A stretch of DNA of 64,000 nucleotides. Source: Terriglobia bacterium. GTDB taxonomy: Bacteria > Acidobacteriota > Terriglobia > 20CM-2-55-15. A program made the position numbers and the translations under genes. The stretch covers positions 1,013,545 to 1,077,544 of the forward strand of contig CBDAOY010000007.1 in assembly GCA_965198225.1 (NCBI GenBank). The letters are read 5' to 3'. The notes beneath the pieces were generated by a model. That model saw only the letters and a program-made list of their open reading frames with translations, did not search any database and was not told the origin of the DNA. Positions 10,284 through 19,123 of the stretch are shown in pieces. Positions within the stretch are counted from its first letter, which is position 1. Every line of letters begins with the position of its first letter.

Positions 10284-11183
10284 ATGCGTGTCTGTTACGG
10301 TCCCGGCTACACCATCCCTCTGCCGCACACCCATCCGTTTCCGATGGGCAAGTACGAGGCGCTCTACCGGATTCTGATCGAAGAGGGCTTGATCGTTCCC
10401 GCCGACGCGCACGATCCCGGCGAAGCGGATTGGAGCGACCTGGCCTTGGTGCATACCTACCAGTACCTCGATACGCTCCGCCGAGGCAGTCTCGACAGGG
10501 ATGCTGAACGGCGTCTGGGTCTGCCGTTTTCCGAAGTTCTTCTACGCCGCTCGCGCCTGGCCGTCCAGGGTACGATCGACGCCGGACAGTTTGCCCTCGA
10601 GGAAGGAATCGCAGCCAACCTGGCCGGCGGCACCCACCACGCGTTTCCGGGCCACGGTGAAGGCTACTGCCTGCTGAACGACGTCGCCGTCGCCGTGCGG
10701 GTCTTGAAACGCTCGAAGGCAATCGAGAACACCCTGGTGGTGGATCTGGACGTACATCACGGGAACGGCAGTGCCAGCATCTTTGCCGAGGACCCATCGA
10801 CCTTCACGTTGTCGATCCACGGCGCGAAGAATTACCCGTGGGTGAAACCTCCCTCCTCGATCGATGTGGCGCTTCCGGACGGGACCGGAGACGAAGAATA
10901 TGTCACAGCGCTCGTCAGCCACCTGGATACCGCGGTATCAGAGTCCTGCCCGGACCTGATCTTCTACCTGGCCGGCGTTGACGCCGCGGCCGGAGATCGT
11001 TTCGGCCGGCTCTCGCTCAGTCCGGAAGGCCTGCGTCGGAGGGACCGCTACGTTCTGGATGCTGCGAGACGTCACGGCATTCCGATCACGCTCCTGCTCT
11101 CGGGGGGGTATGCGAAAACGCCGCAGATGACTGCCGAGTTGCATGCCATCGTTCATCGTGAACGGTGCGCCGTCTACGGGTGA
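10284..11183 (+). CDS. Histone deacetylase family protein (HDAC11/AcuC-like)
   Basis: HPFPMGKY, NLAGGTHHA, GYCLLND, VDLDVHHGNG, AGVD, SGGY. Confidence 0.93.
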   Translation: MRVCYGPGYTIPLPHTHPFPMGKYEALYRILIEEGLIVPADAHDPGEADWSDLALVHTYQYLDTLRRGSLDRDAERRLGLPFSEVLLRRSRLAVQGTIDAGQFALEEGIAANLAGGTHHAFPGHGEGYCLLNDVAVAVRVLKRSKAIENTLVVDLDVHHGNGSASIFAEDPSTFTLSIHGAKNYPWVKPPSSIDVALPDGTGDEEYVTALVSHLDTAVSESCPDLIFYLAGVDAAAGDRFGRLSLSPEGLRRRDRYVLDAARRHGIPITLLLSGGYAKTPQMTAELHAIVHRERCAVYG

Positions 11184-11204
11184 CCCAGACCGCTGCGGAG
11201 CATC

Positions 11205-11479
11205 CTAGTGACCTGTAACAGTGCTATCGGTACCAGCGTTCGGCGGAACGGCGTCGGATTCTAGGAGTGACGCTCGAGCCAATGCTGTTTCATTGCGAGG
11301 GCGTTGCGACACCGAAGACGGCGCCGTTCCGCCGAACCCTTCGGGCCGATGGGGGTTGCGGGCGATCTCTTTGTCGGAAGCCGTCACCGATGAAAGAGCA
11401 TCGCTTTCCGTCTCCCTCCTCGACCTCGCCCGCAAGACCCATCGGCGATGGTGCCGATAGCACTGCTACAGGCCACTAG
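11205..11479. mobile_element. 275-bp MITE-like element, copy 2 (same orientation as copy 1)
   Basis: Only a few substitutions versus 1914-2188; CTAG at both ends. Confidence 0.85.
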
Positions 11480-11573
11480 GGTCCTTCTGGTTGTGGTACC
11501 TCGCCGTCCGCTTGCTATAATTGCGACTCTCCAGTCACCCAGAGAAGCGTATGCCGTTCGGCAGGTTGTCAGG

Positions 11574-13388
11574 ATGGAAGAAGAGAAGCTCGACGAAATC
11601 TTGAAAGGACAGGACGAAGCGCCCGTCGTCGAAGAGAAGCTGCGCACGCCGATGACGATTCTCTTCAGCGACATCAAGGGGTCGACCGCGTACTTCGAAC
11701 GGTATGGCGACGTCGAAGGGCTCGCGATGGTCCAGCGCCACAACGATCTCCTGTTTCCCTGCGTCGAGAACAACCACGGTCGGATCATCAAAACGATCGG
11801 CGATGCGATCATGGCGCTTTTCAACAATCCTGTTGATGCCATGAAGGCGGCAGCCGCCATGCAGCGCTCACTGTTCGACGACCGGAGCAACCGGTCGGAA
11901 TCGCAACGGGTCCACATCCGCATCGGCCTTCACACCGGCTTGGGATTGATGCAGGACAACGACGTGTTCGGCGACGTCGTCAACGCCTCGGCCAGGGTAC
12001 AGAGCCAGTCCGAACCCGACCAGATACTGATCACCGACAGCCTGCTGCATGCCGCCGAGACGGCCGGCATGCAGGTGGGTAAGCTCGGGCGGGCCCGGAT
12101 GAAGGGTAAGGATGAGCCGATCGACATCTACGCGGTGGCCTGGTCCGGGTGGGCGACCCAGCAGTTGATCGACGAGCTGCAGAGGAAGTTCGACGGTGCG
12201 TTGAGGGGGGCGAAAGAGAGACACAAGGCCCTGGAGGAAGAATTCGACGCCGCCCGCGACGGGTGGCGTGATGAACGGCGCCGTCTAAACGCCGAAGTCG
12301 AGCGCCTCGAGGAAGGTGCTCTCGACGCGATGGAAACGGCGCGAAACCAGGTATCCGAAGAGTTCCAGAAACAGCACCAGTTCAAGCAGGAAGCGACCGA
12401 CAAGGCCCGCGGGCAGGCCGAGGAGGATCTCAAAGGCACTCAGGAACGATTCGAGGCCGAGCGCGTCTCACTGAAGGCTCAGATCGCCAACCTGGAGGGG
12501 CGCCTCGTCGAAGCGATGGAGCGGAGCAACAACCCTGCGCGGGCTGCGACCCAGATTCGAGAACAGGTTCAAACGCGGTTGGACCAGGCCAAGAAGGAAT
12601 GGCAAGCCCAGTGGGAAGTCGAGCGGAAAAGGCTGGAAGCCGAGATCGAGAATGCAAAGACTGCCGGTCAGCCCAAGGATCCGATGGCCGAGGCGCGCCG
12701 GTTGATGATGGAGAAAATCAAGGCCAAACAGGAGGGCCGGGAGCCGGGCACACCGGGCGCCGAACTGGCCGCTGCGAAGGAAAAAGCGGAGAAAGAGCGT
12801 GACGAACTGCAGGCTCGCGTCGCGGGTCTCGAAAAAGAGGTCCAGAATGCCGAGGAAATAATCCGCCAGGAGGTTTACAACGACCTGCGTCACAAGTACG
12901 ACCAGAAGCTCGAGGCCGCGGATCGGATCAAGAAGCAACTTCAGCACGAAGTCCAGTCGCTCTCCGAGCAGCTCCAGGGCGAACGGGAGTCGCTTTCAGC
13001 GAGAATCAATCAGCTCGAAGCGGATGTGTCCGAGGCTGAGAACGCAGCCCGCGTCCAGGCGTCGGCTGAGGTCCGTTCCGACTACGAAAGCAAACTCGAC
13101 GACGCGGAGCGCGCGCGCTCCCGGCTGGAACGCCGCCGTCAGGAAGCCGTCGAAGAGATGGAACTGGAACGTTCCCGCCTGGAGAAACAGGTGAAGACCC
13201 TCGAGGCCGGCGTGCAGGAGGCCCGTGAAATGGCCTTCAAACGATCAAGCGATCCGACGATCGAGGAGCTCAACCGGTTGAGGCATCACCTGGAAGAAGA
13301 ATTTCGCGAGAAGACCGCTGCGTGGGAAGACGAGAAGCGCCACCTGCTGGAAAAGATTGCCCGCCTCGAAAACCCTGAAGGCGATTGA
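11574..13388 (+). CDS. Class III adenylate cyclase with long C-terminal coiled coil
   Basis: FSDIKGST, KTIGDAIM, DVFGDVVNASAR; then about 400 aa of E/K/R/A-rich heptads; the ORF-track start lies inside the MITE, so ATG 11574 is preferred. Confidence 0.88.
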   Translation: MEEEKLDEILKGQDEAPVVEEKLRTPMTILFSDIKGSTAYFERYGDVEGLAMVQRHNDLLFPCVENNHGRIIKTIGDAIMALFNNPVDAMKAAAAMQRSLFDDRSNRSESQRVHIRIGLHTGLGLMQDNDVFGDVVNASARVQSQSEPDQILITDSLLHAAETAGMQVGKLGRARMKGKDEPIDIYAVAWSGWATQQLIDELQRKFDGALRGAKERHKALEEEFDAARDGWRDERRRLNAEVERLEEGALDAMETARNQVSEEFQKQHQFKQEATDKARGQAEEDLKGTQERFEAERVSLKAQIANLEGRLVEAMERSNNPARAATQIREQVQTRLDQAKKEWQAQWEVERKRLEAEIENAKTAGQPKDPMAEARRLMMEKIKAKQEGREPGTPGAELAAAKEKAEKERDELQARVAGLEKEVQNAEEIIRQEVYNDLRHKYDQKLEAADRIKKQLQHEVQSLSEQLQGERESLSARINQLEADVSEAENAARVQASAEVRSDYESKLDDAERARSRLERRRQEAVEEMELERSRLEKQVKTLEAGVQEAREMAFKRSSDPTIEELNRLRHHLEEEFREKTAAWEDEKRHLLEKIARLENPEGD

Positions 13389-13463
13389 ATACGACCATCC
13401 GAATCCCTCCTTCGCGCGTCTAACCAGTTGACGCACCAGAAACGGTCAGCCACGGTGAGAGAT

Positions 13464-13694
13464 ATGGTCAAGAATTTCATCCCGAACTGCGACCTGTGCG
13501 GTCGAGAGATTCCCGAAGGGAAGTACCCGCAACGAAGGGTGCCGACGAACGGGATCGAACTGTTGATCGTGCTCCTGGAGAATTCCGATCCGGAACTGGA
13601 ACTGCGGGAAAACGAAGACGGGACCGTCGACCTGGACACGTGTCTGGACTGCTACACGCGGATGGCTTTTTCGCATAGCCACGCGGTGAATTAA
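13464..13694 (+). CDS. Small protein with two CxxC pairs (putative Zn-binding)
   Basis: CDLC ... CLDC; directly downstream of the cyclase, same strand. Confidence 0.65.
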   Translation: MVKNFIPNCDLCGREIPEGKYPQRRVPTNGIELLIVLLENSDPELELRENEDGTVDLDTCLDCYTRMAFSHSHAVN

Positions 13695-13984
13695 GTGTGG
13701 GTGCGCTCTATATGAGCGCACATCGTTTCGGCTCAAAGAATGTGCGGTCATAGACCGCAGCTACACCTATCGCAAATTGCGATATTTGAAAGAATCCACA
13801 TTGCAGGTTGCTCATTGGAGATTGTTTCATTTTAGATTTCCGACCAATAAGAAATCGAGCAATTTGCAATCTCCAAATTTCCAATGCGGAATCGTCCAAT
13901 GACCAATCTGCAATAGCTGTCAGACGAGGTCCCAGCCACCTCCCTCGATCGAGTAGAATGTGCGGTCATAGAGCGCACCTACAC
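13695..13984. repeat. Three REP-like palindromes plus an AT-rich heptamer tract
   Basis: GTGGGTGCGCTCTATATGAGCGCAC (from 13697) and two reverse copies TGTGCGGTCATAGA(C/G)CGCA(G/C)CTACAC (13741-13766, 13959-13984). Confidence 0.7.
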
Positions 13985-13989
13985 TTCCA

Positions 13990-14805
13990 CTAATTTCCCC
14001 TCCGAATATAAATATTTCCGTTGAACGTGGTGAGCTGGAACTCCGGTCCGCCGCCGTTGATGTTGCCCGTGATCGTCTTGTCGATTCGGATTCGGCTACG
14101 GTCGCCGCGCGATTCGTCGATGACTTCCTGCGTTCCGCCGGACTGCCGCTCGATCTCGAAGTCGCTGTAGATCTCTCCGTTGTCGGTCTTCATCTTGATC
14201 GTGGCGTTGACGTTGCCGGGGAGCGTGACGTCGATTTCACCGTTGAGGGTACTGAAAGACATCGGTGTGTCGGGGGTGACGCTCGTGAACGTGACCACGA
14301 CCTCGCCGTTCAAAGCGTTCGCGATGGCCGATCCGCCGATGTTCGTCAGCCGTACTGCGCCGTTGGTGTTGTCGACCTCGATCTCGCCGCGAACATCGGA
14401 CACCACGATATCGCCTCCGCTGACCGTGTCCAGCTCCAACGAGGTGTCGAAGGGAACCCGGAGCCTCACGTTCGTGACACGGGACATCGCGCTGCTTTCG
14501 ATCGTCATCACGTTGTTCCGTTCTTCTACTTCCAGCCCGGTCGACAGGTTCGGAATTCGTCGCAGGCCGCGTGCCCTGGGAGGTGCCTCTCGCCGCGATT
14601 CAGAATCCTGCCCGGCGGCCTCGATCACGACGTCGGAACCGTCGTAGCCCTCGACGGTGATCCCTCCCATGAGGATATCGGCGACGACGCGTCCCGGACG
14701 TGATGGGTCGGAAAACGGAAGCGTGATCTGTTCCTGCGCCGCTACGGGCAGCGCCGTGGCGAGGAGCAACGGGATGATCACAGTTGCGAGATTGGCTTTG
14801 TTCAT
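13990..14805 (-). CDS. DUF4097/adhesin-like beta-strand repeat secreted protein
   Basis: Signal peptide; repeated T.NG.I motifs (TVSGGDI, NTNGAV, ALNGEV, TLNGEI, TDNGEI, TFNGNI). Confidence 0.85.
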   Translation of the reverse strand: MNKANLATVIIPLLLATALPVAAQEQITLPFSDPSRPGRVVADILMGGITVEGYDGSDVVIEAAGQDSESRREAPPRARGLRRIPNLSTGLEVEERNNVMTIESSAMSRVTNVRLRVPFDTSLELDTVSGGDIVVSDVRGEIEVDNTNGAVRLTNIGGSAIANALNGEVVVTFTSVTPDTPMSFSTLNGEIDVTLPGNVNATIKMKTDNGEIYSDFEIERQSGGTQEVIDESRGDRSRIRIDKTITGNINGGGPEFQLTTFNGNIYIRRGN

Positions 14806-14860
14806 GGTCTTCTTCCTTCGAGGCAGAATCGCCGCATTCTCCTCTAATCGTGACGAGTGA

Positions 14861-15679
14861 TCACAAGTTCAGTTGATCGAGCCCCCACGCGGCGCGTTCG
14901 CGCACGCTTTCATGGACGGCTCCGTTCTGCCTCAGTTGTTCGAAAACCCCGATAGACCGCTGCTCCCGGATGTCGACCAGAAAATTGATCAATGAGATCT
15001 GGACCAGTGGCGACTCCTGCCGGGCCAGGGAATTCAAAACCCCCTCCCGAACGGAGGGCGTGTCGCTGAATTCCACGAGAGCATCGATGACGGCGAGCCT
15101 CACGTTCACGTTGGGGTCGTAGTTCAGCGTGCTCAACAGGGAAGTCAGGATCTCTTGGTTCGGTCGAGCGATTTGCGAAGTCCAGTTCACGCCACGCAGG
15201 CGCTGGCTGGCCGATTGCTGTTCGAGAAGGGAGAGGGCGACGAGCTGTCTGAGGCTCTGGACTTCTCCCTCCAGAGTGCGCAGGTCCCCGTTCGGAGCCT
15301 CTGTCACCATGAACTGCGTACCAACGACGAGTCCGACGACGAGAAGCGTCAGTGCCGAACCGAGCTGAACCAGCGGTTGGCTGGGCCACCATCCCGCTAT
15401 CCACTCATTGAGAGATTCGTGCCATCGCGGTCCTGGATGGGCGTTGGCCAGGCCTTCCTCGTAAGCCTCCAACATGGCTTCGAAACGGGCTCGAACTTTG
15501 GGTGAAGGTTCCTCCGTCGGGATCGAACCGAGCTTCGTCCAGATGCCCCTGAGGCTATCCGCCTCCTGCTGGCATGCCGAGCAGGTGTTCCAGTGAGTCT
15601 GGAGGGCTGTCTTGGAGAGCTCATCCAGACTATCGGTCAGATAATCGGGGAGTTTTTCTCTTACTTTTGCGCATTCCAT
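14861..15679 (-). CDS. Anti-sigma factor (zf-HC2, TM helix, HEAT-like domain)
   Basis: MEC...HWNTCSAC zinc motif, one TM segment, DPNVNVRLA HEAT-like; overlaps the sigma factor gene. Confidence 0.85.
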   Translation of the reverse strand: MECAKVREKLPDYLTDSLDELSKTALQTHWNTCSACQQEADSLRGIWTKLGSIPTEEPSPKVRARFEAMLEAYEEGLANAHPGPRWHESLNEWIAGWWPSQPLVQLGSALTLLVVGLVVGTQFMVTEAPNGDLRTLEGEVQSLRQLVALSLLEQQSASQRLRGVNWTSQIARPNQEILTSLLSTLNYDPNVNVRLAVIDALVEFSDTPSVREGVLNSLARQESPLVQISLINFLVDIREQRSIGVFEQLRQNGAVHESVRERAAWGLDQLNL

Positions 15680-16245
15680 GACTTTTTCTCACCTGCAATC
15701 CTGAAATAGACCTTCCTCAGTTCCTGCGTTGCCCGGAAGACTCGAACCTTGACGGTTCCGGTGTCGCAGCCCATGACCTCGCCGATCTGATCGTATTTCA
15801 TGTTCTGAAACCGGCTCAGAATCAACACCTCGCGCTTCTCGTCGGGAAGATCCGCCAGAGCCCGTCGCAACAGCGCGGCCTCCTGCTTTTTCCCAAGGTC
15901 CTCGGGCGCGACCGACGGGCTCATCACCTCCAGCAGCGTGTCTTCGAAGTAGTACTCCCGCTTGTGCTTGTTGAGGTGGTCGATCCGGGCGTTCCGCGCG
16001 ATGTGGTACATCCACGTCGTGAACCGGCTGCTGGCTCGAAACGTAGCACGGTACTTCAGAATCCGGAAGAAGACGTCTTGAACGAGATCCTCGCTCACTT
16101 CGCGGCTGCCGGTCATCCGGATGAAGAAGTCGAACAGCTTCCTGTGATTCCGGTCAAACAGCACCCCCAGCTTGGCCACCTGCCCCTTGCTCACGTCGAG
16201 CATCAGGGCATCATCGCTGACGGAACTGACTTCCTGCGCCTTCAT
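15661..16245 (-). CDS. ECF RNA polymerase sigma factor
   Basis: EDLVQDVF, FTTWMYHIARN, LPDEKREVLIL, GTVKVRVFRA. Confidence 0.95.
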   Translation of the reverse strand: MKAQEVSSVSDDALMLDVSKGQVAKLGVLFDRNHRKLFDFFIRMTGSREVSEDLVQDVFFRILKYRATFRASSRFTTWMYHIARNARIDHLNKHKREYYFEDTLLEVMSPSVAPEDLGKKQEAALLRRALADLPDEKREVLILSRFQNMKYDQIGEVMGCDTGTVKVRVFRATQELRKVYFRIAGEKKSWNAQK

Positions 16246-16459
16246 TCTTCCGATTCCAATCCTGAAAACCGATCGATTGTCAAAAGGTTACAGAAAACCG
16301 CAACCAAAAGGGGCGATGATTTCAGAGTCGGTTTCAGAAGTTGGAGACCAGGGCTTAAAGGATTGATCACAAGCGTCTTATCGCCTGCCGACAGGCAAGA
16401 TTGCGACGACGTGGACGATGTGCCGAATGGAAAGGGACTTCGCAGTTGTGCAGGGAACG

Positions 16460-16740
16460 GCTCCAGGCCATAACCGACTTCGATCCAGATCCGGCGTTCC
16501 TCGATCGACGTCAGTATCAGGACACCGTTGTCTTCACCCCGCTGCCCGATGCCCCAGCGTTCGAAAAGACGGTTGGCGAAGTCCGCAATCTCCCCGCCCT
16601 GGAGCGACGGCAGCGTGACGACGGCCACCTGCGGACCGGTCTTCTGCTCGAGCTACGCCAGAAACGGTTCCACCTGACCCCGCTCGGCACTCATCACATT
16701 CGCGAAGTCATTGACGTATCCGCCGGGCTCCAGCTGATTG
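16460..16740 (-). pseudogene. TPM-domain (YgcG-like) gene remnant
   Basis: GYVNDFANVM...FLA*LEQKTGPQVAVVT...WGIG...DNGVL...EVGYGLE; in-frame TAG at 16653-16655; similarity ends after GYGLEP. Confidence 0.8.
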
Positions 16741-16888
16741 TGGAGCGCATCGCCCGTCTTGGGCCGAGAGCGGGGTCTGGCCGACGCAGACGGTCAGTGA
16801 CAGGAGCAGGGGCAGGAACAGCTTTGTCGTCGGGCGAAGCATCGCTCTTCCTATTGTATGCGACAGGGGAGGATGTTGTGATTTCTGG

Positions 16889-16924
16889 ATAAAATAGGGA
16901 CAGACTCCTGTGTCCCTATTTTAT
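16889..16924. repeat. Perfect 14-bp-stem hairpin (REP-like or terminator)
   Basis: ATAAAATAGGGACA-GACTCCTG-TGTCCCTATTTTAT. Confidence 0.65.
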
Positions 16925-16957
16925 CGGCAACATTTTGAACCACTTAAAATGCCGGCT

Positions 16958-17650
16958 ATGAAGATCTCTGTCATCATCCCAGCCTACAACGAAGCGGACC
17001 AGATCGGGCTGACACTGGACGCCGTCCACGCCGCAGGCCTTGATGACGTTCTGGTGGTCGACGGCGGCAGTGCCGACGAAACGGTTCTGCACGCACAGGC
17101 CGCCCGGGTGACGACGATGGAGGGTCCCCGGGGAAGGGCGAGCCAGATGAACGCCGGCGCGCGAGTCAGCAGCGGGGAGGTCCTGCTGTTTCTCCACGCC
17201 GACACGCGCCTGCCGCCGGACGCGGGCCGGCTTGTCGAGAACGCCCTCGCGGACGATCGCGTCCTCGGTGGTGCCTTCCACCTGCGATTCGACTCCGGCG
17301 GCTGGCTCATGCGTCTGGTGAGCTTCCAGACCAACGTGCGTTCCTACATTCTCGCCCCCTGGGGGGATCAAGCTCTTTTCGTCCGCCGCACCTTCTTCCT
17401 CGAAACCGAAGGCTACCGGCAATGGCGCTTGATGGAGGACGTCGAAATGGCTCATCGCATCAAGAAGAACGGACGATTCACAATGATCCGGACCCCGGTG
17501 GTGACTTCCGGTCGACGATTTCGCGAGCAAGGCTTCATCCGAAACGGAGTCCGCAACCAGATGCTGATGGCGGCATACTATGCAGGCATTGCGCCGGACC
17601 GCCTGGCTCGATTCTATTCCTATGACCGGCGAACAAGAGAGGAACGCTGA
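16958..17650 (+). CDS. GT2 glycosyltransferase, TIGR04283-type (arsenosugar/rSAM-selenodomain-associated)
   Basis: ISVIIPAYNE, VDGGSAD, GRASQMNAGA, LFLHADT, GDQALF, LMEDVE, TSGRRF. Confidence 0.9.
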   Translation: MKISVIIPAYNEADQIGLTLDAVHAAGLDDVLVVDGGSADETVLHAQAARVTTMEGPRGRASQMNAGARVSSGEVLLFLHADTRLPPDAGRLVENALADDRVLGGAFHLRFDSGGWLMRLVSFQTNVRSYILAPWGDQALFVRRTFFLETEGYRQWRLMEDVEMAHRIKKNGRFTMIRTPVVTSGRRFREQGFIRNGVRNQMLMAAYYAGIAPDRLARFYSYDRRTREER

Positions 17651-18330
17651 TGAAGGCGCCGCTGGCGACCTCGCTTGTCATCATGGCCAAGGCGCCACGT
17701 GCCGGCCGCACGAAAACGCGCCTGTTTCCCGCTTTGACCCCTGATGAAGCCGCCGGTTTGTATCGGTCGATGTTGCTGGACACGATCGAGCGGCTCCGTT
17801 CGCTGTCCGGGTTCGAGCTCTGGCTGGCATTCACGCCGGAGGACGAACGGGCCTGGTTCGAGACGAACATCGATCCGCCGATCCCGTTGATGCCTCAGCG
17901 GGGCGACGATCTGGGCCAGCGTATGCACCACATCGTCGAAGACAGGTGCTCCGATGGAGCTGAAGCTGTGCTGCTCGTCGGAACCGACCTGCCCACGCTT
18001 CCCGCCGACTATGTGCGTCAGGCGGCGGATTTACTGCACGAGGACGACAGGGTCGTCCTCGGCCCGACCGAAGACGGGGGCTACTACCTGATCGGATTGT
18101 GCGAGCCGGACATCCGTCTGTTCGAACGAATCGAATGGAGCACGGATTCGGTCTTCCAGCAGACCGTCTGTCAGGCCGAGGCGGCAGGAAAGTCCGTCTC
18201 GACGGTTCCGTCCTGGTTCGACATCGACGAGCCTGCCGACCTCGAACGTCTCCGGAGCGCGCTCGAACACAGCGACGAGCAAACCCATCCCCCGCACACC
18301 GCGAACTTTCTGGCGTGTCTCGGAGGCTAG
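17650..18330 (+). CDS. CofC-like transferase, TIGR04282/DUF2064-type
   Basis: IMAKAPRAGRTKTRL, QRGDDLGQRM, GTDLP, VLGPTEDGGYYLIG, IEWST, DIDEPADL; translationally coupled to the GT2 gene. Confidence 0.9.
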   Translation: MKAPLATSLVIMAKAPRAGRTKTRLFPALTPDEAAGLYRSMLLDTIERLRSLSGFELWLAFTPEDERAWFETNIDPPIPLMPQRGDDLGQRMHHIVEDRCSDGAEAVLLVGTDLPTLPADYVRQAADLLHEDDRVVLGPTEDGGYYLIGLCEPDIRLFERIEWSTDSVFQQTVCQAEAAGKSVSTVPSWFDIDEPADLERLRSALEHSDEQTHPPHTANFLACLGG

Positions 18331-18369
18331 ACCATTTCGGGCCGTTCGATCGCGCCATAGCTGGCTCGA

Positions 18370-19014
18370 TCACTCCTCCGCTCCCGAATCTCCTTCAGTT
18401 GCGTCCTCCGTGAACTCCGCCAGCGAACGTCGCGCCATCTGTGTCAGCAGCACGGCGACGATCACGGTAGCACCGAGCCCGAACCAATAGAGGACGGTTT
18501 CTCCGGTCGTGGCCTCGCGTTGACCCGACAACATTTCCGCAATGTTGAAAGCGACGGACCCGATGTAGACGTACATCGCGGTGGCAGGGAACATTCCCAG
18601 AAAAGACGCCAATACATAGTCACGCAGGCGGACCCGCGTCAGGCCCAGCGAATAGTTCAGGAAGACGAAAGGAAAGACGGGCGACAGGCGGAGGAGTGTG
18701 ATCAGCTTGAATCCCGATTCTTCCGCGGCCTGGTTCAGCCGGTCGAGGAACGGCTGATTGCGGATCCGCCGCTCTATCCGGTGGCGGAACGCGGTACGAA
18801 CGAGTAGAAACGCGATCGTCGCGGCCAGGACGCTCACGGGAGAAACCAGAGCCGTTCCGAGAATCGGCCCGTATATGAATCCGGCGATCAGCGTCATCGC
18901 AGAGCCTGGAATCAGGGCGATGGTTGCAACTACGTATATAAGTGCGAAAGCGAGGGGACCGATCCAGCCCAGACCCCGGATCGTTTCGACAGCGATTATG
19001 ATCCAGTCGTCCAT
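18370..19014 (-). CDS. TVP38/TMEM64 (VTT/DedA) membrane protein
   Basis: IPGSAMTLIAGFIYG, LLRLSPVFPF, LNYSLGLT, GMFPAT; ATG at 19014. Confidence 0.9.
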   Translation of the reverse strand: MDDWIIIAVETIRGLGWIGPLAFALIYVVATIALIPGSAMTLIAGFIYGPILGTALVSPVSVLAATIAFLLVRTAFRHRIERRIRNQPFLDRLNQAAEESGFKLITLLRLSPVFPFVFLNYSLGLTRVRLRDYVLASFLGMFPATAMYVYIGSVAFNIAEMLSGQREATTGETVLYWFGLGATVIVAVLLTQMARRSLAEFTEDATEGDSGAEE

Positions 19015-19123
19015 GAGTAAGTGGCCACCAGGCCATATCGCGCATGGCTTGCGCACGAACTCGACGTGGGCCATCGGCGTGAAGAAAGCGCCCGGCTCCA
19101 CAAATGTCGCCGGGTGCGGCCTA

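Noticed and set aside
16653-16655. In-frame TAG in the TPM-domain gene as possible pyrrolysine or readthrough
   Set aside because: The gene is also truncated after GYGLEP and has no clear start; simple decay explains it
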